Positions 1 through 10,586 of a DNA stretch of 36,108 nucleotides are shown here, in pieces. A program made the position numbers and the translations under genes. Every line of letters begins with the position of its first letter. The first letter of the stretch is position 1. Under the pieces are notes generated by a model. That model did not search any database, was not told the origin of the DNA, and worked only from the letters and a program-made list of their open reading frames with translations. The DNA is taken from the sequence record SRR22947727_309. One strand, written 5' to 3'.

Positions 1-37
1 CGTAGTCAGGTACTCTATCCAGCTGAGCTACCGGTGC
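1..37 (-). tRNA. tRNA-Arg(ACG), 5' half; truncated by the window edge
   Basis: Reverse complement reads GCACCGG TA GCTC AGCTGGATA GAGT A CCTGA CT ACG: acceptor 5' strand, D-arm, anticodon stem 5' strand and anticodon ACG at positions 3..1. Confidence 0.93.
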
Positions 38-133
38 ATGAACTAAAGATAATCTATAAGTTCGTGGCGTTAAAGCGTCTGTTCGATATAAAAGCAAGCT
101 TTTTTTAGTTTGGTATTTAATAAAATAAGTTTG

Positions 134-616
134 TTATTTATTTAAAAGATATTTTTCATAGTAACGAACACTTATTCCAGATTCTTCATAGTCTATATCC
201 CCTATAGGTTTAAAACTGTTCTTGATATGAAACTTATGTGAATTCTCATTATTGGGATTAGTATTCACTTCACAAACAAGCCTCGGTATCTTCATCAATA
301 AAGCTTTTTTTTCGAAATCATTATATAGTTTTTTTGCTAATCCTTTGCCATGTGCCTTAGGGTTAATAATAACTCGGTCTATATATAGAAATTTTTTATA
401 TTTATTTCTTAACCAAGAAAGATTTTTGTGGTCATAATCAGCATTGTTTGAGAAACCAATTAATACTCCATCTCCATCATTTATTTGTTTTTTATAAGTT
501 GCTTTATTCAAAAGAATTGCCAAGCTTTTATCATTGAGTGGTGCAAGCCAATGAACAAATCTTTCATTCATTTTTAAAATTTTTATATGATGGTGTGCTT
601 CGATATCGCCAATCAT
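134..616 (-). CDS. GNAT family N-acetyltransferase
   Basis: FLYIDRVII..AHGKGLAKKLY acetyl-CoA motif A and CEVN.PN.NS.KFH..SF motif B. The start overlaps the upstream stop (ATGA). Confidence 0.88.
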   Translation of the reverse strand: MIGDIEAHHHIKILKMNERFVHWLAPLNDKSLAILLNKATYKKQINDGDGVLIGFSNNADYDHKNLSWLRNKYKKFLYIDRVIINPKAHGKGLAKKLYNDFEKKALLMKIPRLVCEVNTNPNNENSHKFHIKNSFKPIGDIDYEESGISVRYYEKYLLNK

Positions 617-1566
617 TTAGACCCCTCATATACCGCCCGAGTGAGAGACCTTGCCACGCATCGCGCAGCCGCAGATCCCAATTCTGATAATATCGTTGGG
701 TTATCGCAAGATTTATGACCAGTTGATACTGCAAAAATTGTATCGCCATCAAGTGGTGTATGGCTAGGCTGTACTGCCATAGCTATTCCATCTTGAGCCA
801 TAATCGTAATTCGTTTTAATTGATTTTGCGTTAAATTAGCATCGATGGCCACAACACCTATGACTGTGTTTTGACCAGCTCTGTTCAAGAAATTTAACTT
901 TGTATCTTGTGGGTGCGCATATTTATAATTTTTCGGGGGTCGCTCACCACCAAACTCATTGTTAACTTCATATGGCCAAGCCCAAGGACATTTAGTACCG
1001 GGCATAAAGGGTGACCCAACAGAATTAGCAGCTATTAAAGCTCCAACGGTGAATTCGTTAATTGCCTCTGAAGCACTACCTATTCCGCCATTATAAATTC
1101 CGGACATGGCTCCATATCCAGCTCCTATCCTACCAAGAGTTAAATGATTAGAAACTGACTCGCATGCTCTTATACCTAGACTTCTAAAAGGTGGATTGAT
1201 GCCCCAATTTTTGTTCCCCCCATTTGCATTGTCAAAAAGTATCGCACTTGGTACTATAGGAGAAACAGGTATAGGGCTGGGTCCCACTTCATAACCTATA
1301 CGCTTTTTACCAAGCCAGGCACATACTCCATCAGCTGCAGCTAAACCGTAAACTGACCCTCCCGATAAACAGATGGCATGGACTTTATCAATTAGACCTC
1401 CATCATTTAAGGTTTCTGTTTCACGTGTTCCGGGACCACCCCCTCGAACATCTACGGAGCATGTTACTGGCTTGTCAGGTAAAACTACTGTTACACCTGT
1501 TTTAACCTCATTATCATGTGCTTGTCCTACACTTAAGCCATTTACATCTAATATTGTATTGTTCAT
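613..1566 (-). CDS. P1/S58 family peptidase (DmpA/NylC-like, L-aminopeptidase/D-esterase)
   Basis: TGVTV, DVRGGGPGTRET, LSGGSVYGL, PIVPSAILFD, QNTVIG (autoprocessing N/T site) and HTPLDGDTIF motifs. Confidence 0.92.
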   Translation of the reverse strand: MNNTILDVNGLSVGQAHDNEVKTGVTVVLPDKPVTCSVDVRGGGPGTRETETLNDGGLIDKVHAICLSGGSVYGLAAADGVCAWLGKKRIGYEVGPSPIPVSPIVPSAILFDNANGGNKNWGINPPFRSLGIRACESVSNHLTLGRIGAGYGAMSGIYNGGIGSASEAINEFTVGALIAANSVGSPFMPGTKCPWAWPYEVNNEFGGERPPKNYKYAHPQDTKLNFLNRAGQNTVIGVVAIDANLTQNQLKRITIMAQDGIAMAVQPSHTPLDGDTIFAVSTGHKSCDNPTILSELGSAAARCVARSLTRAVYEGSK

Positions 1567-1624
1567 TACTTGCTCTTTTGTAAGTCACATCTATGTTAAT
1601 CGTGTAATAAAGAAAGCAAAATTT

Positions 1625-3415
1625 ATGAAACAAATTACTTCATTTATTCTGTCTATATTTCTGATCTCTATAGTGCATGCTGAGATTGTATCGGCAAGTA
1701 CAATAAATGCAAAAGTTAGACATACAGTACCTAAATCAAAAGGGATGGTGGCTGCTGCCAACCCTCTTGCAAGCCGCGCAGGTGTAGAAATTCTCGAAGC
1801 AGGAGGCTCGGCAATTGATGCAGCTATAGCCATTCAAGCCATGTTGGGTCTTGTTGAACCACAAAGTTCAGGACTTGGGGGAGGTGCTTTTATGGTAGTT
1901 TATGATCCTAAAACTGCCAAAGTATGGAGTTATAATGGAAGAGAAAAAGCGCCAAGTGCCGCTAGTCCAGAAATGTTCATGGACCCGCAAACAAAAAAAC
2001 CCATACCCTATCGAAACGGTATTGCATCTGGAGTATCGACAGGAGTTCCTGGGGTCATAACTATGTTGCACATGGCGCATAAGGATTATGGCTTACTTAA
2101 TTGGGGTGTACAATTGGAGCCAGCAATCAAGATGGCTGAAAATGGATTTAAAGTAAGCCCGCGTATGGCAGATATTACAGCTCGAATGGGAGGGTTTGCT
2201 TTAAATAGAGATGAAAATGCTAAAGATTATTTTTTTCTTGATGACGGCATAACGCCATTACCTGTTGGATTTTTAAGGGATAATCCACAATATGCAGTTA
2301 CTCTTCGAGCACTCCAGAAGAATCCTAGAGCACTTCTTGAAGACCCTATAGCCCAAGAGATTTTGCGTGTAACACATAAGCTACCACTTCCTGGAAGCTT
2401 AACAATTGAAGATATGAAAAACTATAAAGCTAAAAAAACTGAAGCACTTTGTTCGACTTATAGGTCTAATATTATTTGTGGAGCCCAACCCCCTAGTAGT
2501 GGCCCAGTTGCTGTTCAATCGATTTTGGGTGTTTTAGAAAATTTTGATATGAATAAATTAGGTATGTCATTGGACGGCTGGCATATTTTTTCTGAGGCTA
2601 GTTTTTTAGCTTACGCCGATAGGGATAAATATATTGGTGATCCCGATTTTATAGCAGTGGATGCTGAATCTATGATTGATAAAGAATATTTAAAATCTCG
2701 ATCCGATTTGATTCGCAGAGATGTAGCAATGGTAAATGTAACGGCAGGTAACCCTAATAAATTTAGCAGAGGTGAGGACTCTACCCCTGATAACCCTAGT
2801 ACATCTCATTTTACAGTTGTAGATAAAGAGGGTTTAGTTGTTTCTATGACTACAACCGTCGAAGCGGCGTTTGGCTCACAAAGAATGGCGGCAGGTTTTA
2901 TTTTAAACAATCAGCTTACTGATTTTTCATTTCAACCAAGGGACATCAATGGTCTCCTAGTTGCTAATGCCGTTGCTCCAAATAAGCGTCCTAGATCATC
3001 GATGGCACCCGTGATTGTTTTTAATCCAAAAGGAGAGTTCATCTTCACTTCAGGCTCGCCAGGAGGCAGTTCAATTATCGCTTACACAGCCAAAACAATC
3101 GTTGGGATAATTGATTGGGGTTTAACTCCGCAAGATGCCATTGAGTTACCAAACATTATTGCTCGAAATGGCCGTATTGCAGTCGAAGCTAAGGGTTTAA
3201 AAGATGACATTACAGGTGAGATTGATAGGGGTGCACCTGCTGAAGAGTTTGGTATGTCTGAGACTTTAATAAAGGGACTTGAAAGTAAAGGTCATAAAGT
3301 TCGTCGTTCAAAAGGTGAATTTAGCGGAATACATATTATCTATAGAGCTGAAGACGGAAAATTGATTGGTGGTGCTGACCCGAGGCGTGAAGGAGTTGTT
3401 TTGAGTTTGGATTAA
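1625..3415 (+). CDS. ggt: Gamma-glutamyltransferase, secreted (signal peptide)
   Basis: GGSAIDAA, LVEPQSSGLGGG, nucleophile motif TSHFTVVD, LNNQLTDF, KRPRSSM, GSPGG and C-terminal GGADPRREG. Start moved to ATG 1625 (MKQITSFILSIFLIS... signal peptide) to avoid overlap with the divergent peptidase. Confidence 0.95.
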   Translation: MKQITSFILSIFLISIVHAEIVSASTINAKVRHTVPKSKGMVAAANPLASRAGVEILEAGGSAIDAAIAIQAMLGLVEPQSSGLGGGAFMVVYDPKTAKVWSYNGREKAPSAASPEMFMDPQTKKPIPYRNGIASGVSTGVPGVITMLHMAHKDYGLLNWGVQLEPAIKMAENGFKVSPRMADITARMGGFALNRDENAKDYFFLDDGITPLPVGFLRDNPQYAVTLRALQKNPRALLEDPIAQEILRVTHKLPLPGSLTIEDMKNYKAKKTEALCSTYRSNIICGAQPPSSGPVAVQSILGVLENFDMNKLGMSLDGWHIFSEASFLAYADRDKYIGDPDFIAVDAESMIDKEYLKSRSDLIRRDVAMVNVTAGNPNKFSRGEDSTPDNPSTSHFTVVDKEGLVVSMTTTVEAAFGSQRMAAGFILNNQLTDFSFQPRDINGLLVANAVAPNKRPRSSMAPVIVFNPKGEFIFTSGSPGGSSIIAYTAKTIVGIIDWGLTPQDAIELPNIIARNGRIAVEAKGLKDDITGEIDRGAPAEEFGMSETLIKGLESKGHKVRRSKGEFSGIHIIYRAEDGKLIGGADPRREGVVLSLD

Positions 3416-3447
3416 CTTCTTAATGAATATACAAATCGATCGTTCAT

Positions 3448-4485
3448 TTAAAATTTATCTAAATCCTGACTCCATTTTCCAATACTAGCTAAGCTATTCA
3501 TTTTAGCTCTATGATAAAAAGCTTCTTGAGCTTTTTTATAATTACTTTTCTTACCCTTCCATGTAAATAAAGCTGACTGCTGCAAAGCACGCCCATATGA
3601 GTATGTAAGCCTCCACGGGAAACTACCTATTTTATTCATCATATCAAGATTTCTTGTAGCCTCTTCATTCTTTTGTCCACCTGATAAAAAAGCGATTCCA
3701 GGAACAGCAGCAGGTACTGTATCTTTTAAGACTTTAATGGTGCGCTCCGCTATCTCTACTCTACTAGGTTGTTCAGCACACTTTTTTCCTGCAACAACCA
3801 TATTCGGCTTCAATATTATACCTTCTAACTTGACACCTTGTTCATATAGTTCAGTAAAAAGAGAATTTAATGTGGTCTCTGTAACTTCATGACAGCGCTC
3901 AATATTATGATAACCCCCCATGAGCACTTCTGGTTCAACTATTGGAACTATTCCAGCTTCTTGGCATAAGGCTGCATAACGACCAAGCGCATGTGTGTTA
4001 GCTTTAATTCCGCCTATAGTTGGTGTCGTACCTACGTATTGATCTGGGTGAGAAATCTCAATTACAGCTCTCCATTTTGCAAAACGTGCACCTAACTTAT
4101 AATATTCAGTTAAACGTTCGCGAAGACCATCAAGTCCTTGAGTTATGGATTCTTGTGGCCTACCAGCTAGTGGTGTTGTTCCTGTGTCTACCTTTATACC
4201 TGGTAGAGTATTAGTAGATTTTATTAACTCAACTAAAGATGTTCCATCCGCAGTTTTTTGGCGGATAGTTTCATCATACAATATAACACCTGATATATGA
4301 TTGCTCATCGCCTCGTGAGTTCTAAATAACATTTCTCGCCAATCGCGCCTTTTTTCATGGGTACTTTCAGTATTAATGCTCTCAAACCTTTTACCAATGG
4401 TTCCTGTGGATTCGTCCGCTGCAAGAATACCTGTTCCTGGTTCGACCATTTTTAATGCTATCCTATTTAGCTCTTGAATATTCAT
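3448..4485 (-). CDS. Class I fructose-bisphosphate aldolase
   Basis: GILAADES, GIKVDTG, FAKWRAV, VPIVEPEVL, LKPNMV (Schiff-base Lys), FLSGGQ and YSYGRALQ. Confidence 0.97.
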   Translation of the reverse strand: MNIQELNRIALKMVEPGTGILAADESTGTIGKRFESINTESTHEKRRDWREMLFRTHEAMSNHISGVILYDETIRQKTADGTSLVELIKSTNTLPGIKVDTGTTPLAGRPQESITQGLDGLRERLTEYYKLGARFAKWRAVIEISHPDQYVGTTPTIGGIKANTHALGRYAALCQEAGIVPIVEPEVLMGGYHNIERCHEVTETTLNSLFTELYEQGVKLEGIILKPNMVVAGKKCAEQPSRVEIAERTIKVLKDTVPAAVPGIAFLSGGQKNEEATRNLDMMNKIGSFPWRLTYSYGRALQQSALFTWKGKKSNYKKAQEAFYHRAKMNSLASIGKWSQDLDKF

Positions 4486-4486
4486 A

Positions 4487-5674
4487 TTAAGATACCTTTT
4501 TTAAAATCTCGATACCTGGAAGAGCTTTTCCTTCTAGCCATTCCAGAAATGCACCTCCAGCTGTACTAATAAATGTAAAGTCATCAGCTGCTGATGCATT
4601 TTTTAAAGCTGCCACTGTATCACCGCCGCCTGCAACAGAAACAATTTTACCTTCTTTTGTTAATTTTGCAGCGTATGTTGCTGTTTCAGAAGTTGCTTTA
4701 TCAAATGGATCAATTTCAAAAGCCCCTAATGGCCCATTCCATATCACTGTTTTTGCCTCATCAAGAGCAGCCTTTATATCATTGATAGAGCTTTCTCCAC
4801 AATCAAGTATCATTTCATCACTCAATACTTCATTCGGCTTGCACTGGCGAAAATTAGCATTGGCTTGAAATTGCTTTGCAACTATTACATCCGAAGGTAA
4901 TATAATTTTACAATGTTCTTGATCGGCCTTTTTTAAAATTCCTAACGCGGTCTTTTCAAAACTAGGCTCATATAATGAAGATCCGACCTCATTTCCTAAG
5001 GCACTCAGAAATGTATTCGCCATACCGCCTCCTATAGCTAGTATATCCAATTTTTTTACAAGATTCCCAAGAAGCTCTATTTTTGTGGATACTTTTGCGC
5101 CACCAACAACACCCATTACAGGTGACCTTGGTGTATTAAGAGCATGGCTTATGTGCTCAATTTCTCTTTCCATAGCTAACCCCGGATAAGATGGTAAGAG
5201 ATCTCCTACAACTGATGATGATGAGTGCTTACGATGTGCCGTTGAAAATGCATCTTGAATAAAAACATCTCCTAATTGAGCTATTTTTCTGGCTAATTTT
5301 ATATTACCGCTTGTTTCTCCTTTATGAAATCTTATATTTTCGAGAAGCATAATTTCACCTGGTCTAATTTTATCAACATTTTTAAATTCTAAATTATCAT
5401 TAAAGGACACTTTAGTACCTAAGGCTTTGGATAAAGCGGGAATAACAAAACTTAAAGATAGTCTTGGATCGCATTTACCATTGGGCCTACCAAGGTGTGA
5501 AATTAAAATCACTTTTGCATTAGCTGTTGTTAAAAAATTAATTGTTGGAAGTGCTGCTCTTAGTCTTGTATCATCTGATATTGAGCCATTATCGTCTTTA
5601 GGTAGATTAAAATCTACACGTACAATTGCTGTTTTCCCATTAAGATGAACATCTTTTAATCGATTAAAATTCAT
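4487..5674 (-). CDS. pgk: Phosphoglycerate kinase
   Basis: VRVDFNLP, SHLGRP, LLENIRF, GGAKVSTKI, WNGPLGAFE, GGGDT and STAGGAFLEWLEG. Start placed at ATG 5674, just after the gap stop. Confidence 0.97.
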   Translation of the reverse strand: MNFNRLKDVHLNGKTAIVRVDFNLPKDDNGSISDDTRLRAALPTINFLTTANAKVILISHLGRPNGKCDPRLSLSFVIPALSKALGTKVSFNDNLEFKNVDKIRPGEIMLLENIRFHKGETSGNIKLARKIAQLGDVFIQDAFSTAHRKHSSSSVVGDLLPSYPGLAMEREIEHISHALNTPRSPVMGVVGGAKVSTKIELLGNLVKKLDILAIGGGMANTFLSALGNEVGSSLYEPSFEKTALGILKKADQEHCKIILPSDVIVAKQFQANANFRQCKPNEVLSDEMILDCGESSINDIKAALDEAKTVIWNGPLGAFEIDPFDKATSETATYAAKLTKEGKIVSVAGGGDTVAALKNASAADDFTFISTAGGAFLEWLEGKALPGIEILKKVS

Positions 5675-5679
5675 TTGAA

Positions 5680-6693
5680 TTATATTTTCTTTTGGCTGCA
5701 CATTACGCGAGAGACATCTATCATTCTATTAGCGAAGCCCCATTCATTATCATACCATGCAACGATTTTTACTAGGTGCCCATCCAAAACTTTAGTTAAT
5801 GGAGCAGCAAAAGTAGCACTGTTGGGGTCATGATTGAGGTCTGAACTAACAAGAGCATTTTTTGTATAGCAAATGACCCCTTTCATAGTTGTTTCAGCTG
5901 CATTTTTCATTATTGCGTTCAATTCGTCAGCACTTGTTTTCATTACAGGTTGAAAGGCTAGGTCAACCATGGATACATTAGCTGTTGGTACTCGAACTGC
6001 CGAACCCGAAAGTTTACCCACAAGTTCTGGAATTACTAAACCAACCGCTTTTGCTGCTCCCGTGCTAGTAGGAATCATATTTAGGCCTGCAGCACGTGCC
6101 CTATATAAATCTATATGGGAATTGTCTAAAATGCGTTGATCCTGGGTGTAGCTATGAACTGTAGTCATAAACCCGCGCTTAATTCCAATACTGTCTATTA
6201 TTACTTTTGCAATTGGTGCAAGGCAATTAGTTGTACAGGAAGCACAAGACACAACTTTATCTTTTTCAGTGAGGTCATTGTGGTTAACACCATAAACAAT
6301 AGTTTTATCCACTTCTTTACCAGGAGCAGAAATAAGTACTTTTTTTGCCCCTGCATCAAAATGTGACTTAACATCTTTTTTAGATCGAAATACCCCTGTG
6401 CATTCCATCACTACATCAACATCCAAGTCGCCCCATGAAATTTTTGAAGGGTCACGTTCATGAGTCATTCGTATTTTTCCTCGACCATAATCTATAAAGT
6501 TACTACCTTCAGACACTTCAGTTTTGAAGCGGCCGTGTACTGAGTCATAACGAAGTAGGTGTGCCGATGTGGATACGTCTCCAGGCGAATTTATCGCTAC
6601 CAGTTTGATATCATTGATATCGTATTCTTCTATGGCCCTTGCAACTAGTCTACCAATTCGTCCAAAGCCATTAATACCAATACGGATAGTCAT
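5680..6693 (-). CDS. gap: Type I glyceraldehyde-3-phosphate dehydrogenase
   Basis: INGFGRIGR, ASCTTNCLAP catalytic Cys, PTSTGAAKA, RVPT and WYDNEWGF. Confidence 0.98.
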   Translation of the reverse strand: MTIRIGINGFGRIGRLVARAIEEYDINDIKLVAINSPGDVSTSAHLLRYDSVHGRFKTEVSEGSNFIDYGRGKIRMTHERDPSKISWGDLDVDVVMECTGVFRSKKDVKSHFDAGAKKVLISAPGKEVDKTIVYGVNHNDLTEKDKVVSCASCTTNCLAPIAKVIIDSIGIKRGFMTTVHSYTQDQRILDNSHIDLYRARAAGLNMIPTSTGAAKAVGLVIPELVGKLSGSAVRVPTANVSMVDLAFQPVMKTSADELNAIMKNAAETTMKGVICYTKNALVSSDLNHDPNSATFAAPLTKVLDGHLVKIVAWYDNEWGFANRMIDVSRVMCSQKKI

Positions 6694-6841
6694 TTACTTG
6701 TAACCCTTACCAAGAAAAATATTACTATATTTAAGCTACTCAGGAATGGGGTAGCTTCTCTTTACTGTCAACAGATTATCCCTTGTTATGGGCTTAAAAT
6801 TGCTTCATTCTATACATATTAACTAAGATTCGGAATATCCT

Positions 6842-7138
6842 ATGAATGACAGCGCTGACATAAAAGAAGCATCTGACAGATTAAAGTCAGCAATTGGTAA
6901 ATTAGGGGGTTCTATCGACTCTCTATTAGATAAAGTGAGTCGTTTGGAAGCTTTAAAAAAAGAATCAGATGCCATGAGTGCAGACAGGGCAGCACTTGCT
7001 GCTAAGCTTGATGCAAGTTATGCGAAAGAGAAAGATTTCTTAGCTCGTGAAAAAGAGTTTGGCATATTGGCTGACGAGACCACCCAAGAGTTAGACCGAG
7101 TTATAAGGCAAGTTCGAGTGGCATTGGGAGAGGATTAG
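6842..7138 (+). CDS. DUF4164 family coiled-coil protein (ZauP-like ZapA partner)
   Basis: 98-aa coiled coil containing DRAALAAKLD, directly upstream of zapA, the conserved alphaproteobacterial position. Confidence 0.75.
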   Translation: MNDSADIKEASDRLKSAIGKLGGSIDSLLDKVSRLEALKKESDAMSADRAALAAKLDASYAKEKDFLAREKEFGILADETTQELDRVIRQVRVALGED

Positions 7139-7141
7139 GTC

Positions 7142-7501
7142 ATGGCAAAAATAAGTGTCGACATAAATGGTCGAAAATATGCTTTAGGTTGCAATGAGGG
7201 AGAACAAGATCGACTCATGCGCCTTGGTCAAAAGTTAGATGATAGAGTAAAAAATATGGCCACTCAATTTGGTCAAATAGGGGATTTACGACTTTTTGTT
7301 ATGGCAGGTTTAACCATGCTTGACGAATTAGAAGAGATGAATAAATCCTTGGATAAAGAGGTTGATAAGCGAATAGGTAATCTTCGTAAAGAAGCGGCTT
7401 CTGCTAATAAGTTAGCCTTAAATATTGAAAATAAAGCTATAAAAAATTTACTAGAGGCCGCTAAAAAAATTGAAAAATTATCAGAAAGCTTATCAATTTA
7501 A
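7142..7501 (+). CDS. zapA: Cell division protein ZapA
   Basis: V.INGRKY.LGC.EGEQ.RL..L and GD.RL.VMAGL...DEL, followed by a coiled coil. Lies upstream of 6S RNA. Confidence 0.93.
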   Translation: MAKISVDINGRKYALGCNEGEQDRLMRLGQKLDDRVKNMATQFGQIGDLRLFVMAGLTMLDELEEMNKSLDKEVDKRIGNLRKEAASANKLALNIENKAIKNLLEAAKKIEKLSESLSI

Positions 7502-7510
7502 TGATATTTA

Positions 7511-7539
7511 TTCACTCTTTTCCTTGCCATAACTATAAT
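7511..7539 (+). promoter_or_regulatory. Putative sigma70 promoter for 6S RNA
   Basis: TTCACT-N17-TATAAT about 20 nt upstream of the 6S closing stem. Confidence 0.5.
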
Positions 7540-7557
7540 ATGTCGTCAAAGACACTT

Positions 7558-7721
7558 TGACGGTTTCTGCGGGTTTTGTGAGAAGCACTAATCCACCGGA
7601 CCTTAATATACTCCTAGGGAGCTGGCGCTGTTCAGATCGTGGTCTGTTTACTTCCGGCACCCACTTGAACTCTAGGTTCACGAGGATTCTTTCAGCTTCC
7701 ACGGGCTTAGTGGGACCGTCA
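7558..7721 (+). ncRNA. ssrS: 6S RNA
   Basis: Canonical position between zapA and 5-FTHF cyclo-ligase. Ends pair (TGACGGTTTC / GGGACCGTCA), the region is GC-richer than its flanks, and ~165 nt fits. Confidence 0.88.
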
Positions 7722-7758
7722 CACTAAATTTAGTTGTTTTGCATGGAAATGGTTGAAT

Positions 7759-8313
7759 ATGATTAGTATGCAAAAAAAAGAGGCTAGGATAAAAGCTAAA
7801 ATAATTCGAGCTAAAGAAAAAAATAATCTAAATGCATTTCAAATTATAGAACATATACCTGCTAGTATTTTCAATAATAGAATAATCGCAGGTTATTGGC
7901 CTTTAACTGATGAATTAGACATTATTCCACTGCTTAAGTCTTGCTTTTCCAAGGGTCACAAACTTTCTTTACCCTGTACGCCTGAGAGAGGTAATCCTCT
8001 ATTGTTTCGAAGTTGGTCACCTACGGATAAATTAAAGAAAGGACTTTATGGAACTTGCGAGCCTTTTCCTGAAAAGGCTCTAGTTGTTCCAAATTTAATA
8101 CTTTTACCTCTTTTAGCATTTACAGGCACAGGCACTCGTTTAGGTTATGGGGGCGGGTATTATGACCGTACGTTAGCAAGTTTGAGATTAAGAAATGATA
8201 TTTTTGCTTGCGGTATTGCCTTTGCTAGTCAAGAAGTTGATTTCTTACCAACTGATGAGTTTGATCAAAACCTTGATGGTATATTAACAGATAAATATTT
8301 TAAGGCGTTTTAA
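7759..8313 (+). CDS. 5-formyltetrahydrofolate cyclo-ligase (start codon uncertain: 7753, 7759 or 7768)
   Basis: IAGYWP..DELD, LPLLAF and RLGYGGGYYDRTL. Lies downstream of 6S RNA. Confidence 0.95.
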   Translation: MISMQKKEARIKAKIIRAKEKNNLNAFQIIEHIPASIFNNRIIAGYWPLTDELDIIPLLKSCFSKGHKLSLPCTPERGNPLLFRSWSPTDKLKKGLYGTCEPFPEKALVVPNLILLPLLAFTGTGTRLGYGGGYYDRTLASLRLRNDIFACGIAFASQEVDFLPTDEFDQNLDGILTDKYFKAF

Positions 8314-9125
8314 TGCGATTAGCTTTTTTTGGAGATGTAGTTGGCAAGTCAGGCCGTGAGGCTGTAAAAAGACACCTTCCGCGCATTCGCTCTGATTTAA
8401 ATCTGGATGCAGTCGTTATAAATGCAGAAAATGCTGCTGGTGGATTTGGTATTACTAGATCAACTGCTGACGAACTTTATGATGCAGGAGCTGATGTCTT
8501 GACCCTTGGCAATCATAGTTTTGATAACCCACAAGGTATTTCCGTTATTGAAAATGAGCATCGATTACTGCGTCCATGTAATTACCCACCTAATACTGCG
8601 ACAGGGAGGGGATCGGGTATGTATAACGTTAATGGATACCAATTATTGGTGATTAATGTTTTAGGGCGGGTTTTCATGGATGCACTAGACGACCCTTTTC
8701 AGGCTGTAGAAAGGGAATTGAATAACGCTCCTTTAGGGGTAGTGGCAGATGCTATAATTGTTGATATTCATGCTGAAGCAACCTCTGAAAAGCAAGCAAT
8801 GGGACATTATTGCGACGGAAGAGCTAGTTTAGTTGTTGGGACACACCAGCATGTACCTACAGCAGATACACGAATATTCGTTTCTGGAACAGCTTATCAA
8901 ACTGATGCTGGTATGTGCGGTGATTATAATTCAGTAATTGGAATGAATAAAGAAGAGCCGTTAAGGCGATTCACAACTAGAATGCGAGGAGGGCGCTTTA
9001 CTCCTGCAACAGGTGATGGAACTTTGTGTGGAGTCTATGTTGAAACTAGTGATAAAACTGGTCTAGCTGTGAGAGCGGAACCTTTACGATATGGTGGAAT
9101 ATTGTCAAATGCACTGCCAGATTAA
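8313..9125 (+). CDS. TIGR00282/YmdB family metallophosphoesterase
   Basis: GDVVGKSGR, NAENAAGG.GIT, TLGNH, DIHAEATSEK, GTHQHVPTAD and TDAGMCG. Confidence 0.95.
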   Translation: MRLAFFGDVVGKSGREAVKRHLPRIRSDLNLDAVVINAENAAGGFGITRSTADELYDAGADVLTLGNHSFDNPQGISVIENEHRLLRPCNYPPNTATGRGSGMYNVNGYQLLVINVLGRVFMDALDDPFQAVERELNNAPLGVVADAIIVDIHAEATSEKQAMGHYCDGRASLVVGTHQHVPTADTRIFVSGTAYQTDAGMCGDYNSVIGMNKEEPLRRFTTRMRGGRFTPATGDGTLCGVYVETSDKTGLAVRAEPLRYGGILSNALPD

Positions 9126-10358
<1,233 letters not shown>

Positions 10359-10371
10359 AAATTTTTTAAAT

Positions 10372-10405
10372 AAAAAAAACCGGGCACTCGGTAATCCGGG
10401 CCCGG
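10372..10405 (-). terminator. Rho-independent terminator (minus strand)
   Basis: CCGGGC-CCGG-ATTA-CCGA-GT-GCCCGG followed by T8 on the minus strand. Confidence 0.85.
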
Positions 10406-10492
10406 CCAAAGTCATCGCTTAAACTTCGGGGAAGAAGTATTTGCGGATAAGAACATAGGGAACGAAAGGGGAGGGACGTACCTAATTCTTGT
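10372..10492 (-). ncRNA. Putative AbcR/alpha-r15-like small regulatory RNA
   Basis: Minus strand forms three hairpins: loop 1 UCCCUCCCCUUU, loop 2 UUCCCC, and a GC-rich terminator plus U8. Located downstream of trxB-LysR with a GCAT-N3-TGC box upstream. Confidence 0.7.
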
Positions 10493-10545
10493 TAAGAACA
10501 TAATCAAATAATGATAAAGCTAGAAGACTTAGATAAGCAGTACAG

Positions 10546-10563
10546 CTATGCAATTATGCATAG
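10546..10563. promoter_or_regulatory. LysR-type (LsrB/VtlR-like) binding dyad
   Basis: Perfect inverted repeat CTATGCA-N4-TGCATAG. The minus strand contains GCATAATTGC (GCAT-N3-TGC), about 60 nt upstream of the predicted sRNA start. Confidence 0.65.
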
Positions 10564-10586
10564 ATTGTATAGTTCTATTTGATAAC

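Noticed and set aside
1373-1624. 84-codon N-terminal extension of ggt in the ORF track
   Set aside because: It is antisense to the P1 peptidase. ATG 1625 gives a clean signal peptide.
7508-7702. 64-aa minus-strand ORF
   Set aside because: Antisense to 6S RNA with no recognisable protein features.
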